Origin: a virus
Lineage: Duplodnaviria; Caudoviricetes
Strand: one strand, 5' to 3'
IMG/VR virus record: IMGVR_UViG_3300044657_001301
Span: 1-28,827 of that record
Length of the DNA stretch: 28,827 nt
Shown: one piece after another, positions 9,258 through 20,900 of the stretch
Numbering within the stretch: the stretch's first letter is position 1
Layout of the letters: every line of letters starts with the position of its first letter
Program-made: the position numbers and the translations under genes
Notes under the pieces: generated by a model
What the model was told of the DNA's origin: nothing
Databases searched by the model: none
What the model saw: the letters and a program-made list of their open reading frames with translations, nothing else

Positions 9258-12131
9258 ATGGCTAAAATTGTTACATCAAATCTAAAGACTCATATGGCTC
9301 GGCAGTTTGTTGAGTCATTTGATGAATCTTCTAATACTCTGTATTACACGTTTGCGGCAAGACCTCTTCCGTGGACAGATGATACTTCGCCTGATGCTGC
9401 AAATGCAAGTATTCAGGAGTATCATTATAATGTATGGGACGAAATGGTCTTTGGCAAGAAGGTTGCTAACACTGACCTCAAGCATATGATTGCTCGTAAC
9501 GATTGGACTGCTGGCACAGTTTATGACACATATGATCCAACAGATGCTTCACTTTCTACAAAGGATTTCTTTGTTGTTTCCCAAGAAGGCGCAGATTATT
9601 ATGTATTTAAATGTTTAAATAACAACAACGGCGCTCAGGCAAACGATCAACCATTATTCTCTGAAACGTCTGCTGAAGATGAGTTCTATCAGACGAACGA
9701 TGGCTATCAGTGGAAGTATATGTACAAAATTACTCAAGCCAATTTTGACAAATTTGCAACAGCTGACTATGTTCCCGTTATTCCAGATAGTAATGTGACA
9801 GCAAATGCTGTTAATGGATCAATTGAAGGTATAAATCTAACAAGTGCTGGCATCAATTACAATAGTTACGCTAACGGTACTGTTAAAGAGGCTGCTGTTG
9901 CAGGTAACACGCTTCTGTTTGGTCTACAGAGTACATCAGTAACACTAAGTGCTAATACTGATTTCTATAAAAATAGCACGATTTATATTCGTTCTGGTAC
10001 GGGCGCTGGTCAGGCAAAAACAATTGGGGAATACATTGTAACGGGAGACGAGAGACGAGTTCTTCTCACGTCTGCATTTAGTACTCTACCAGATACAACT
10101 TCTGTTTTTGAAATTGGTCCGAGAATTATCATTGATGGTGATGGCAGCGGAGCTGTTGCTGTTGCTACTGTTAATTCCTCTGCTAATTCAATCGCCAATG
10201 TTGAAATTATTTCAAAAGGATCTGGTTATAGTTATGCCAATGTAACAATTACTGGCAACACAGGCACTCTTGTTGCAGCAAACACTGCTGTTGGTGTCGC
10301 TCTAATCTCACCACCAGGTGGTCATGGCTCTAATGTTATTAATGAGCTATTTGCTGATAAGGTTTGTATCTCTACAACGTTTGCAAATACAGAATCTAAT
10401 ACTATTCCTATTGCTAACGATTATCGTAGAGTTGGATTGCTTAAGGATCCAAAGTTTGCAAACGTTGAGTTGACATTAACAACTTCAACAGCATCGAGTT
10501 TTACAGATGGTGAGGAAGTAATTCATTACGTTGCCCAATCATCAAATACTCTTCTCAAAACATTTACCTACACACTTTCTCGTTACCAAACAGCAACACT
10601 TGCTGATGATGCTGGATTTGCTGTGGGTGATTCTGTTAGCACGACGACAGGTAAATCAGGCGTAATTATTGCTGCAAATACTTCAGCAAACACAATTAAT
10701 ATTCTTAAAGATTCTTCAAGTGCTGCCCTATCAAATACTGATATCATTTCTGACGGAACAAATACTAAAAGAATTTCAAGCGTCTCAAACGCCAATCCAG
10801 TTGTGGTAGTTACTACAGCTGCTCATGGACTTGCAAACGCCACTCCCCTCGTTTTCTCAGGCATTCCAGAAGCTACAGCCATTGATGACACGATGGCAAC
10901 AACATACTATCCACTGGTAACAAATACGACCGCTTTTGAGCTTTATACGGATTCTGCATTATCAACAGCTCTAGATGGTGGGTCCGATGTAGCTGGTACT
11001 AATGGATATTTGTCTAATGGAAGTAAGATTACAACAGTAGATGCTATTGAGTACACACATACTGGTAACAATGATCCAATCTTTGGTAAAGATGATGCCT
11101 CTCAGAAGTTTGGTATGGGTCCAAACGTTTCACAGAGTACTGACCTGCCAGTTGAGTTAGTTGTAGAGTTAAACGGAACGGTCGTGTCGTCTAACCACCA
11201 TGTAACAACTTCAAACTCTTATTTCACTGCTATCAACCAAACTCTTGATCCAGCATCTGATGTTGTTGTAGCGAAGGTATATACAACAGTAGAAACAATG
11301 TTGACTGCTGATTACATTGGAAGAACAACAGGCGAAGTTAGTAATAGAGCTGGCTCAATTCTAAGATTGAGAAACATTAAAGGCAATTTCTCAACTGGTC
11401 AAACAATTAAAGGTCTGACCTCTGGCACAACTGCTGTTATTTCTTCGATTGATAGGAGCTTCAATACGTTTAACCAGCTAACAGAGTTCTCAGTACAGAT
11501 TACATCTACTGGTTCTATTGGTGGAATAGCTGGGACAGGATTTGCTGAGGATGACTTTGTTTCACAATCAACGACCTCATCTAGTGGTTATATGTTTGGA
11601 GTAGCAAACACCATCACGCGCTACATTACTAGTGTCACAGCAACTAATCCCGCTGTAGTGACTACAAGTATTGCACATAATTTTGCAAACGGCGACTTCA
11701 TCACATTCAAGGACGTTAACGGTACAGCGCTTGATGACGATGCTGCTCCAACAACCTACTTTGTGCAAACTGTAAACACAACAGCATTTCAAGTGTACAC
11801 AGACTCCGCGTTGTCAACTACATTTAACAACTCTTCAAACACTGCTGCAAATACAGGTATTGTAATAAACTCGGGTGGTTATGCAGGCACACTAAATTCT
11901 AATAAGACATTTTACTTAAATAATGTCAGAGGGACATTTAGTGTTTCAGATGATGCAACTGGCACTATAAATAGTTTCACTACTGCTAATGGAGCTGAGG
12001 CTAAGATTAATTCAAGAATAGATCCAGATCTAGTTGATGGTGAAGGTGAAGTTCTTTATGTTGAGAATATTCAGCCAGTTACAAGAGCAACCGATCAGTC
12101 AGAAAAAATTAAACTTATATTTGAATTCTAA
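9258..12131 (+). CDS. gp8: Baseplate wedge subunit gp8-like, enlarged with inserted domains
   Basis: It has WTAGTVYDTY...YYVFKCLNNN...DGYQWKYMYKI, PPGGHGSN...DYRRVGLLKDP and the C-terminal GEVLYVENIQPVTRATDQSEKIKLIFEF. Confidence 0.82.
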   Translation: MAKIVTSNLKTHMARQFVESFDESSNTLYYTFAARPLPWTDDTSPDAANASIQEYHYNVWDEMVFGKKVANTDLKHMIARNDWTAGTVYDTYDPTDASLSTKDFFVVSQEGADYYVFKCLNNNNGAQANDQPLFSETSAEDEFYQTNDGYQWKYMYKITQANFDKFATADYVPVIPDSNVTANAVNGSIEGINLTSAGINYNSYANGTVKEAAVAGNTLLFGLQSTSVTLSANTDFYKNSTIYIRSGTGAGQAKTIGEYIVTGDERRVLLTSAFSTLPDTTSVFEIGPRIIIDGDGSGAVAVATVNSSANSIANVEIISKGSGYSYANVTITGNTGTLVAANTAVGVALISPPGGHGSNVINELFADKVCISTTFANTESNTIPIANDYRRVGLLKDPKFANVELTLTTSTASSFTDGEEVIHYVAQSSNTLLKTFTYTLSRYQTATLADDAGFAVGDSVSTTTGKSGVIIAANTSANTINILKDSSSAALSNTDIISDGTNTKRISSVSNANPVVVVTTAAHGLANATPLVFSGIPEATAIDDTMATTYYPLVTNTTAFELYTDSALSTALDGGSDVAGTNGYLSNGSKITTVDAIEYTHTGNNDPIFGKDDASQKFGMGPNVSQSTDLPVELVVELNGTVVSSNHHVTTSNSYFTAINQTLDPASDVVVAKVYTTVETMLTADYIGRTTGEVSNRAGSILRLRNIKGNFSTGQTIKGLTSGTTAVISSIDRSFNTFNQLTEFSVQITSTGSIGGIAGTGFAEDDFVSQSTTSSSGYMFGVANTITRYITSVTATNPAVVTTSIAHNFANGDFITFKDVNGTALDDDAAPTTYFVQTVNTTAFQVYTDSALSTTFNNSSNTAANTGIVINSGGYAGTLNSNKTFYLNNVRGTFSVSDDATGTINSFTTANGAEAKINSRIDPDLVDGEGEVLYVENIQPVTRATDQSEKIKLIFEF
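11966..11973 (+). promoter_or_regulatory. Possible late promoter TATAAATA
   Basis: Exact motif about 170 bp upstream of the 12146 start but inside gp8. It could be a chance match. Confidence 0.35.
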
Positions 12132-12145
12132 GGGAAGTATAATAA

Positions 12146-15100
12146 ATGGGCTTCGATACCAATTTCAATCAGGATCCTTACTTCGACGACTTTGATGAAA
12201 CGAAGAACTTTCATCGCGTTTTGTTCAAACCAGCGGTCGCAGTACAGGCAAGAGAGCTAACACAGCTTCAAACTATCCTTCAGAATCAAATTGAGCGATT
12301 TGGTAATAATATTCTAAAAGAAGGCACTATTGTTGATGGTTGTGCTTTTACTTATTTGAACAGACTTGCCTATGCTAAGATTCTAGATCTACAAACAGAT
12401 GGCCAGCCAGTAGTAATGAGCAATTATGAAGGTGCTCGTGCTGTGGGTCTATCAAGTGGTGTTGAAGCATTTGTTGTTAAAGTTTCTACTGGTCTACAAT
12501 CGCAGGCTCCTAATTTGAATACACTACACCTACGCTACGTTAAGTCAAGCACAGATGGTGTAAATAAAGCATTCACAACTACTGAAAATATTCGAATTGA
12601 AAACTTCACAACTGGTGCTGTGATCACGACTGTAACAGCTGCTGGTACTGGTTCTATTGGCAATGGAACAGGACTAAAGGTGGCTGATGGTTATATTTAC
12701 CAGAAAGGTGCCTTTATTAGAGTTGCCGAGCAAACAGTAATTGTTGATAAGTATTCAATAACCCCGGATGATCTAGCTGTTGGGTTTGTTTCTGCAGAAA
12801 CACTGACAAATAGCAACAATGATACATCTCTACTTGACAATGCACAAGGTTACAACAACGAAAATGCTCCAGGCGCTGATCGGCTTACGGTCACTCCGGT
12901 TCTCACAGTCAAAAGTGTTGCTCTAGCTAATGCCGATGAGGATTTCTTTACACTCGTAGAATATCAAAACGGGTCTCCAGTTAAGCGCCGAGAAACAACA
13001 GTGTATTCGACTCTTGGAGCAGAAATGGCTTCTCGGACCGCCGATGAGTCTGGCAATTATACCATTAGACAGTTTCCTCTTCGTGTTGCTGCTGGCGCAA
13101 ACTCAGATTATGTAGTAGCAAAGGTTGGTCCTGGAGTTGCTTATGTTGAAGGATTTAAAGTAGAAAATTATGGGGAAATTGATGTAAATATTGATGCATC
13201 AACCGACTTCATTTCTGAAACAAATGAACCTATTACACAGTCCCTTGGTCATTATGTTGTAGTTGATGAATTGAATGGTAACTTCGGTCTTAATGATAAT
13301 AGTCTCGTTTATCTCTATAACCAATTCCAAGGAGCTAGAAGTGCAAATAGCACCATTGGTACTGGTGGTGCTGGTGGTACGCAAATTGGTACAGCTAGAA
13401 TTAGAGGTCTTGAATATAAGACTGGAACAGTCTCTGCAAATACTTGTCAATATAATGCTTATCTGTTTGACATCCGCATTTCGAATTCTAGCTATTCGTT
13501 TGCTGACACAAAGGCAATTATCTATGACGAAGGCACTGGTGTAGCTAACGAAGGTTGTGCGGACGTTGTTACAAACTCAGCCAATAAGGCTGTTATTGAG
13601 GACGTAGGATTCAAAAAGACATATTTTGCTATTGGACAAGACGCAATTAAGGCTACCTCCAATAGACAATTTACATATACCACATCTCAGACATTTACAG
13701 CTAGCGGTAGCGGCGGCAATATTTCTGCTCCTTCTGGTGGTCAGTTCCCATATAGTGATAGCACGCTCAGTGCTGCTATTAAGTTATCTGATCTCGTTGT
13801 TCTTGATCCAAATGGTAATCCAGTCGATCTCAGCAGTGTCACAGTAACAATCAGTGGCGGCAGCGCAACGATGACATTTGCAAGTCTGCCAATTGCTAGT
13901 GGTACGTATTATGTGTATCATAAAACAACAAGAACATCTGCTGTTCCAGTCACGAAAGAAAGTAAGACTGTCTTTGTTAAGGTTGCCGCTAATACAAATC
14001 CAGGTGGCGTAACTGGTAAGTATTCTCTCGGTCTTCCAGATGTATATAATATCGTTGACGTTTACAGAGCTACTGATGGATCATATGTTGCTAACACGTC
14101 TTTGTCAGTTAAGGAATTCTTTGATCTTAAGCCAAACCAAAGAGACGCGTACTATGATCTTTCATACGTTCAAAAGAAAGCAGCTCTGACTATTGGTGCT
14201 AACGATACTCTTTTGTTTGAAGTAAAAGTATTCGACAGAACAGGTTCCTCAGGCGCTGGTTTTGCAACTGTTGACAGTTATACAACACTTCCAACAAGTT
14301 CGGTCGATTTTCAAGACATTCCAGTTTATACATCAGAAGATGGTGGTAGATACGATTTAAGAAATGTTGTCGACTTTAGAGGATACACAGCCAATACAGC
14401 TGACTATGCTGAAACAGTTGGAGCGGCTACCGTAGTGACTACTGCAGTTGGTGCTGCGCTTTCATTCTCGGGGGAACAGTATAACATTTCTCCTAACGAA
14501 AACGCAGAGATAGACTACGATTATTATATCGGTCGTAGAGATAGAATTTACATTGACTCTAACGGTGGTTTTAGAGTGGTCAATGGTGTTCCAGCAGCCC
14601 TTCCGAGGATTCCAGCTGCTCCAGCAAGCTCAATGACAATCGCATCAGTTTACGTTCCTCCATTCCCAGCTTTGACTTCTTTTGCAGCCAATAGAGCAAA
14701 GAAACCAGGGCATGCTGTGAAACTGAAACTTCAAAACATCCGTGGATATACTATGGATTCCATTGGTAAAATTGATAGACGAGTACAGCAACTCGAATAC
14801 TATACAATTCTCAATCAGCTTGAGCAGTCAACTGAAAAGAAAATCATTACAGACGGAGCCGGCAATAATAGATTTAAGAATGGTATCTTTACAGACTCAT
14901 TCCAAGATCTTCTAGCTGCTGAGGTCTCAAGCCCAGATTTTGCTGCAGCTATTGATCCAGCTCGGAAAGAGCTGACACCAAAGTTAGATCAGTTTGATAT
15001 CGATCTTAAGGTTTCTGCTACATCAAGTGTAACAGATTTTGGTGCAGGCGCCACATTATCTAAAACAGACATTACTCTTATTGATCAGCCATTTGCTACA

Positions 15101-17785
15101 ATTAGTAGAAACTGTGTAAGTAATTTTTATAGCTTTGCTGGTACCGCATTTATCTTCCCTGATTATGATGAGGGTCACGATGTAGTTAATGCACCAGATA
15201 TTGATTTAGAAATTGATCTTTCTACCCCATTTGTTGAATTTGCCGAAGCTCTTGGACAGTTTGTTCCTCTTCAATCAACAAGCAGCTCTGTTATTGCCCA
15301 GTCCGCAAGTTCGAGTGTCAGTACGAGCACATCAACAACATCGAATTGGTGGGACACGTGGAGCTCAACAACTGCTACAACATCCACTACTGTTACAACT
15401 ACTACATCTACTATTGAAGATATAACCAACCAACTACAAGTTCAGGCTGGTAATAGAGTCACTCAAGATGTTGGTGACTTTGTAACGGATATTACCTTCA
15501 ATCCATTCATGAAGTCCAGAGAAGTTTCTGTTCTTGCTGTTGGTATGAGACCAAATCAGAAGATGTATTTCTTCTTTGATAAAGTTGATGTGAATGCGCA
15601 CGTTGCTCCAGCAGCTTCTTCTAATGCTGGTGATGTTGATGATATTCGTAACTTTAGAAGATCTCGCACATACGGGACTCAAATTCAGGCTGACGCAGAC
15701 GGAATAGTGAGAGCTATTTTCCGTATTCCAGCCGGAACGTTCTTCGTTGGTGAAAGAATTTTAGAAATCATCGACGTTGATACGTATGCTGAGAAACCCA
15801 ATGCAATTTCAATTGCATCAGTTTCATACAATGCATTCAACTACTCTGTGGAAAAAACAGGACTGAATGTTAGCACGAGACCAGCAAGCACTTCAGTTGT
15901 ATCAACAAGCGACATAACAACTTCTGTTTCTACAAGTGTGGATAGAAGAACAACACTGAGCATCACCTCCGATCCACAAACTTGGGGTTTTGACGAAGGC
16001 GATGGCGGTGACGATCCAATTGCTCAAACATTTATGGTTAAGCCAGAAATGGCTCCAAACGATAATATCGTATTTGCAACAAAACTTGATGTGTTCTTTA
16101 AGGAGAAAAGTTCTACTGCTGGTATAACAGTAATGCTGAGAGAAACTGTTAATGGTTATCCTGGCTCTAGAATACTTCCGTTCTCCAAAATACATCTCAA
16201 AGCAAGTCAAGTAAACGCAAATAATACTGCTGCTCAAGCAACAACAGTTACGTTCGACGCTCCTGTAGCTCTTAGAACTAATGCTGAATATTGTTTTGTG
16301 TGTAAGCCAGATAACGATGATCCAGACTATAGAGTTTGGGTAAGTAAGGCTGGTGGAACAGATGTTCTTAACAACATTAAAGTTACTCAAGATGTAACTG
16401 ATGGAACCTTGTTTACATCTACGAACGATCGCGCTTGGTCTGCAGTACAGGATGAGAACATTAAATTTAAAATTCACAGAGCAAACTTTTCTGCAAATAC
16501 AGGAACGATTACATTTACAAATAAGGAATCAGAATACTTTACTGTTAATAGTGTTTCTGGATCGTTTGAAAATGATGAATATGTCTTCGTCAATGCAACA
16601 CCTGTAAGTGCTCAAACAATTAATATGCAGGTTGGTAATACAACTATCGTTGGAACAAATACTACATTCAGTAGTTACTTCAGTGCTGGCGATCATATTA
16701 TTGTAAAGGCTAACAATACAGTATTTGATGTTCTAGAAATTAAAACAGTGTCCAACAATACACAACTTATTTTGAATGATATTCCAAAATATACAAATGC
16801 TGCATCAGAATTCTTTAGTTCTATTGTTGGTACAGTCAAGCTATTCAATACGAATACTCCGGCAAAGTTATATCTAGATAACTCAACAGCTACAACATCA
16901 ACATATTTCACCGCTAATGATGTTGTTATTGGTGAAGAGTCTGGAGCTGTGGCAAGAATTGAAAGCGTGGACAATAAGAACATTAGTATCATTGCTCCAA
17001 ATATTTACCGTGTAAATAGTACAAACACATCTACTGCACTTAGAGCTACGAGGTTGTTTAGAGATGATACGAATGCAAACTACACTGTCAATCCTCTAGA
17101 GTTTAATGACTACAACTTCTTAGATGTAAATTCAACGGTAGTTAAGAGCTTTAGTAATGAAAAGGCTGATAGCGATGCTAATAGATCTTTTGCTCTACAA
17201 GTAACACTCAAAAACATCGCACCAACTTCTGGTAATAGTATTGGTATTTCAAGCTCCCCATTTATTGATACAGATATTGCGGCTGTAAAGGTATTCGAGT
17301 ATCTTGTTAATAACAATTCTACAGATGAATCTGGTCTGGATGGAGTTGTTGGTCTTGCATCTTCTAAGTATGTTTCTAAGATTGTTTCTCTCCGCGATGG
17401 ATTGGATGCAGAAGATCTCAAGGTGTTCTTGACAGCATATAATCCAACTGGAACAACAATCCAGGTATATGGTAAGTTCTTGAATACAGAGGATCCAGAA
17501 GCATTTACTGCTAAACCTTGGACACTAATGAATGCGAAGGCTACAAACCCAACTTCAAACAAAGCTAATAGGTTTGACTTTAGAGAACTTGAATTTGGGC
17601 TACCATCTTCAGCACCAGTTTCTGGCGCAGCGTTCTTAAACTCTTCTGACATTTTCGAATATACAGATGGCGGAGCTACATATAACGACTATAAATATTT
17701 TGCAATAAAGGTTGTATTACTTGCTAATGGTCATCATAGAGTTCCACGACTTTTTGATATCAGAGCGATAGCATTGGCGGCATAA
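12146..17785 (+). CDS. Large virion structural protein, VrlC/DUF4815-like
   Basis: It has the N-terminus NFNQDPYFDDFDETKNFHRVLFKP...QARELTQLQTILQNQIERFG, plus NENAPGADR, RTADESGNY, RFKNGIFTDSF, DPIAQTF and the C-terminal FAIKVVL...DIRAIALA. Such proteins follow gp8 in environmental T4-like phages. Confidence 0.8.
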   Translation: MGFDTNFNQDPYFDDFDETKNFHRVLFKPAVAVQARELTQLQTILQNQIERFGNNILKEGTIVDGCAFTYLNRLAYAKILDLQTDGQPVVMSNYEGARAVGLSSGVEAFVVKVSTGLQSQAPNLNTLHLRYVKSSTDGVNKAFTTTENIRIENFTTGAVITTVTAAGTGSIGNGTGLKVADGYIYQKGAFIRVAEQTVIVDKYSITPDDLAVGFVSAETLTNSNNDTSLLDNAQGYNNENAPGADRLTVTPVLTVKSVALANADEDFFTLVEYQNGSPVKRRETTVYSTLGAEMASRTADESGNYTIRQFPLRVAAGANSDYVVAKVGPGVAYVEGFKVENYGEIDVNIDASTDFISETNEPITQSLGHYVVVDELNGNFGLNDNSLVYLYNQFQGARSANSTIGTGGAGGTQIGTARIRGLEYKTGTVSANTCQYNAYLFDIRISNSSYSFADTKAIIYDEGTGVANEGCADVVTNSANKAVIEDVGFKKTYFAIGQDAIKATSNRQFTYTTSQTFTASGSGGNISAPSGGQFPYSDSTLSAAIKLSDLVVLDPNGNPVDLSSVTVTISGGSATMTFASLPIASGTYYVYHKTTRTSAVPVTKESKTVFVKVAANTNPGGVTGKYSLGLPDVYNIVDVYRATDGSYVANTSLSVKEFFDLKPNQRDAYYDLSYVQKKAALTIGANDTLLFEVKVFDRTGSSGAGFATVDSYTTLPTSSVDFQDIPVYTSEDGGRYDLRNVVDFRGYTANTADYAETVGAATVVTTAVGAALSFSGEQYNISPNENAEIDYDYYIGRRDRIYIDSNGGFRVVNGVPAALPRIPAAPASSMTIASVYVPPFPALTSFAANRAKKPGHAVKLKLQNIRGYTMDSIGKIDRRVQQLEYYTILNQLEQSTEKKIITDGAGNNRFKNGIFTDSFQDLLAAEVSSPDFAAAIDPARKELTPKLDQFDIDLKVSATSSVTDFGAGATLSKTDITLIDQPFATISRNCVSNFYSFAGTAFIFPDYDEGHDVVNAPDIDLEIDLSTPFVEFAEALGQFVPLQSTSSSVIAQSASSSVSTSTSTTSNWWDTWSSTTATTSTTVTTTTSTIEDITNQLQVQAGNRVTQDVGDFVTDITFNPFMKSREVSVLAVGMRPNQKMYFFFDKVDVNAHVAPAASSNAGDVDDIRNFRRSRTYGTQIQADADGIVRAIFRIPAGTFFVGERILEIIDVDTYAEKPNAISIASVSYNAFNYSVEKTGLNVSTRPASTSVVSTSDITTSVSTSVDRRTTLSITSDPQTWGFDEGDGGDDPIAQTFMVKPEMAPNDNIVFATKLDVFFKEKSSTAGITVMLRETVNGYPGSRILPFSKIHLKASQVNANNTAAQATTVTFDAPVALRTNAEYCFVCKPDNDDPDYRVWVSKAGGTDVLNNIKVTQDVTDGTLFTSTNDRAWSAVQDENIKFKIHRANFSANTGTITFTNKESEYFTVNSVSGSFENDEYVFVNATPVSAQTINMQVGNTTIVGTNTTFSSYFSAGDHIIVKANNTVFDVLEIKTVSNNTQLILNDIPKYTNAASEFFSSIVGTVKLFNTNTPAKLYLDNSTATTSTYFTANDVVIGEESGAVARIESVDNKNISIIAPNIYRVNSTNTSTALRATRLFRDDTNANYTVNPLEFNDYNFLDVNSTVVKSFSNEKADSDANRSFALQVTLKNIAPTSGNSIGISSSPFIDTDIAAVKVFEYLVNNNSTDESGLDGVVGLASSKYVSKIVSLRDGLDAEDLKVFLTAYNPTGTTIQVYGKFLNTEDPEAFTAKPWTLMNAKATNPTSNKANRFDFRELEFGLPSSAPVSGAAFLNSSDIFEYTDGGATYNDYKYFAIKVVLLANGHHRVPRLFDIRAIALAA
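17690..17697 (+). promoter_or_regulatory. Putative late promoter TATAAATA
   Basis: Exact motif about 90 bp upstream of the 17785 start. Confidence 0.5.
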
Positions 17786-17976
17786 TGGATACCTACGTGA
17801 GAGATCAAGTCAATCCAAAAGCTGTGTTGAATACAGACGTTGAGGGGCTTAAACAGTATAAATTAAAGAAGGCGCAAACAATGCGCGTAGAAGAATTACA
17901 AAAAGAAGTAATTAGTCTAAGAGATGATATGACTGAAATTAAAGATTTACTTCAAGCATTAGTTAGACAGGAATAA
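17785..17976 (+). CDS. Small coiled-coil hypothetical protein (63 aa)
   Basis: TAATG-coupled to the upstream gene. The YVRD...AVLNTD...EIKDLL pattern resembles the small ORF that commonly follows VrlC-like genes in T4-like phages. Confidence 0.7.
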   Translation: MDTYVRDQVNPKAVLNTDVEGLKQYKLKKAQTMRVEELQKEVISLRDDMTEIKDLLQALVRQE

Positions 17977-17981
17977 CTAGA

Positions 17982-20900
17982 ATGGCAAAAGCATTTTACG
18001 CGGGAGCAAACGTAAACAGTACCACCGGTACTTTTGCCACGTGGCTCGAAAGAACTAATCAGATAGTCTATGATATGAGCGACGTAGTTGTTACTGTCGC
18101 TGATGTTACTTCAGCAAATAGTACTAACGGTTCTCAGACTACTGGTAATGCTCACATTCAGGGATATCTTTCAGCAAATGTTTTGATTGCAACTGAAGAA
18201 CTCAGAGGTGGTCGGAATGCTGAATTTGGCAACTCAGCCACATTACTCATCTCTTCAAATGTTGCAATTGGTAATACAGGTGGCTCTGAAACGCTCTTTG
18301 TAGCTGGTAACTCAACATTAGAAGGCACACTTGAAGTTGATGGTGTTGTTACTTTTAATGCTAACCTCGCCCTTTCAAATACAAGTATAAGCGGCGAACT
18401 CAGTTTCGTTGATACAACTCAATCCACAAGTTCTAGCACAGGTGCTGCTAAGTTTGCTGGTGGTGTAGGTATCGCCAAAGACTTGTTTATTGCTGGCAAC
18501 ACAGACATTACTGGCAACCTTTCAGCAGATGTTTCGGTTGCAGCAAACGTCTTGATTGCAACTGAAGAACTCAGGGGTGGTGTGTTTGGTAACTCGGCTA
18601 CACTTCTCGTTTCTTCAAATGTCGCAATTGGTAACACGGGCGGTTCCGAAACTTTCTTTGTAGCTGGTAACTCGACGCTTGAAGGATCTTTAGAAGTTGA
18701 TGGTGTTGTAACATTCAATGCTAACCTAGCATTTTCAAACTCTACTACAACACATATTTCTGGTGATACGACATTCACTAGCGCAATGTCAATTACTGAT
18801 AGCACACAAGCAACCAATACGAATACAGGTGCTCTGACAGTTGACGGTGGAGCTGGTTTTATTAAAGACGTCTTTATTGGGGGCGATACTGATATTACTG
18901 GTGATGTAATTGTTCGTGGGGATACGACATTTGCCAGCATAATGTCAATTACTGATACCACACAAGCAACCAATACGAATACAGGCGCTCTGACAGTTGA
19001 CGGTGGTGTAGGTATTGCCAAAGACGTGTTTATTGCTGGTAATACAGATATTCTTGGGGATACAATTGTTCGTGGTAACTTTGATGTAGAAGGTGTATTC
19101 AATCTTCCAAGTAATACGAACCTAACAGTTAACGACACTCAAACACTGACGTTTACTGTTACTTCATTAGCTACTATTAACGGTAATACTATTTTTGGTA
19201 ATGCTGCGACCGATTCAGTTACGTTTAATGCTCGCGTTGAGTCCAACATCATACCAATCACTGCCAATACATACGATCTTGGTTCATCTTCACTAAAGTG
19301 GAATGACCTTTATGTCTCAAATGCAGAGATTACATACGCAAACATTTCCGCAGAAGTTAATGCTCCAATCATTGATACTTCAATTCGTGTACAGTCTCCT
19401 CTCTACTATGTTGAAGATCAGGGCGACATTCGCTTCTATGAAGACAATGTTAATGGTTTAAACTATCTTGCTTTTCAAGCACCAGCAAGTGTAGCAAGTA
19501 ACGTTACTTGGACATTACCAAGTGTAGACGCAGCGATAAGTGGCTACGCACTAGTAAGTAACGGTTCAGGTACACTAAGTTGGGGTCCACCTGGTCAGAC
19601 CACAACTGCAGATACAACTACGAATACAGATTTCTATATTCACTTTGACAGTACGACCAGTGGCGCTGTCACATCGGTAAAACATGACACTGGACTGAGA
19701 TATAATCCAAGCACAGGAACTCTAACAGCAGATGTTGTTACTGGGCAAGCTGGCACAGTTGCAGCTCTTACGGGTCTTGACACTGGAGATCTTACAGAAG
19801 GTTCTAGACTATATTATACAACCACGAGAGCGAACACAGCAATCGATGCAAGAGTTACAAAGTCGTTTGTTGATGCCCTAAATGTGGATGCTGACACATT
19901 TGATAGTCTAAACTCTACACAGTTCATCAGAAGTGATGCGGCAGACGTAGTAAGTGCAAATACAAACTGGACTGATAACTCAAGACTACTAATTGGTAAT
20001 AGCTCCGATCTACAAATTTACCACAATGCAACTGACAGTTACATCGTTGATAATGGAACTGGTAGTATTCTAATTGCTGCCTCTCGGATTGCTCTTCATG
20101 GTGGCGCAGATGCTGCTGAAACCATGGCAACCTTTGTTGACAATGGTGCAGTTACATTGTATTATGATAATTCTCCAAAAATTGCTACTGCTTCCGGTGG
20201 TGTTACAATTACAGGTACAGCAACTGCCACAACATTCTCTGGGTCTGGCTCTGGTCTAACTGCTCTTAATGCCTCAAACATCTCAACTGGCACATTAGCA
20301 TCGGCAAGACTATCAGGAACTTACTCAATTAGCATTAGTGGCAACGCTGCAACAGCTACGTCAGCTACGTCAGCAACAAATGCCACAAATGCTACGAACT
20401 TTGCAGTAACAAATAATACAACAGAGAATGGTAATCTTTATCCAGTATTTGTTGATGGAACTTCTGGTAATCAGGGTGGTGAGGTTGCTTCAACGAAACT
20501 TACATTTAATCCATCAACTGGAACACTAACGGCGACAGCGTTTAGCGGTAATGGTTCTTCCCTTACCAATGTTGATGCAACTACTGTTGATGGTGTCAAT
20601 TCAACGAGCTTCCTTAGAAGCGATGCAGCAGATACTAAAACATCTGGTGACTTAACACTTAACGATAACATTGCACTTAATTTGGGTACTGGTCTTGATG
20701 CAGAATTATACTTTAATGCAACCCAACTAATTCTTGATATGAACAGCGATGCTGATTTCTTAATTAGAGATGGCAATAGCGCCAATGCAACAAGATTCAC
20801 TTTTGATACTAGTTCAGGTAACTTTACAGCAGTTGGTGAAGTAATTTCAAGTTCAGACGCTCGCCTCAAGGAAGATCTTGAAGTAATTCCAAATGCATTA

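Noticed and set aside
20346-20400. Short tandem repeats (cagctacgt twice; ATSATSATNATNATN)
   Set aside because: This is an ordinary low-complexity fibre linker, not a CRISPR array or a regulatory repeat.
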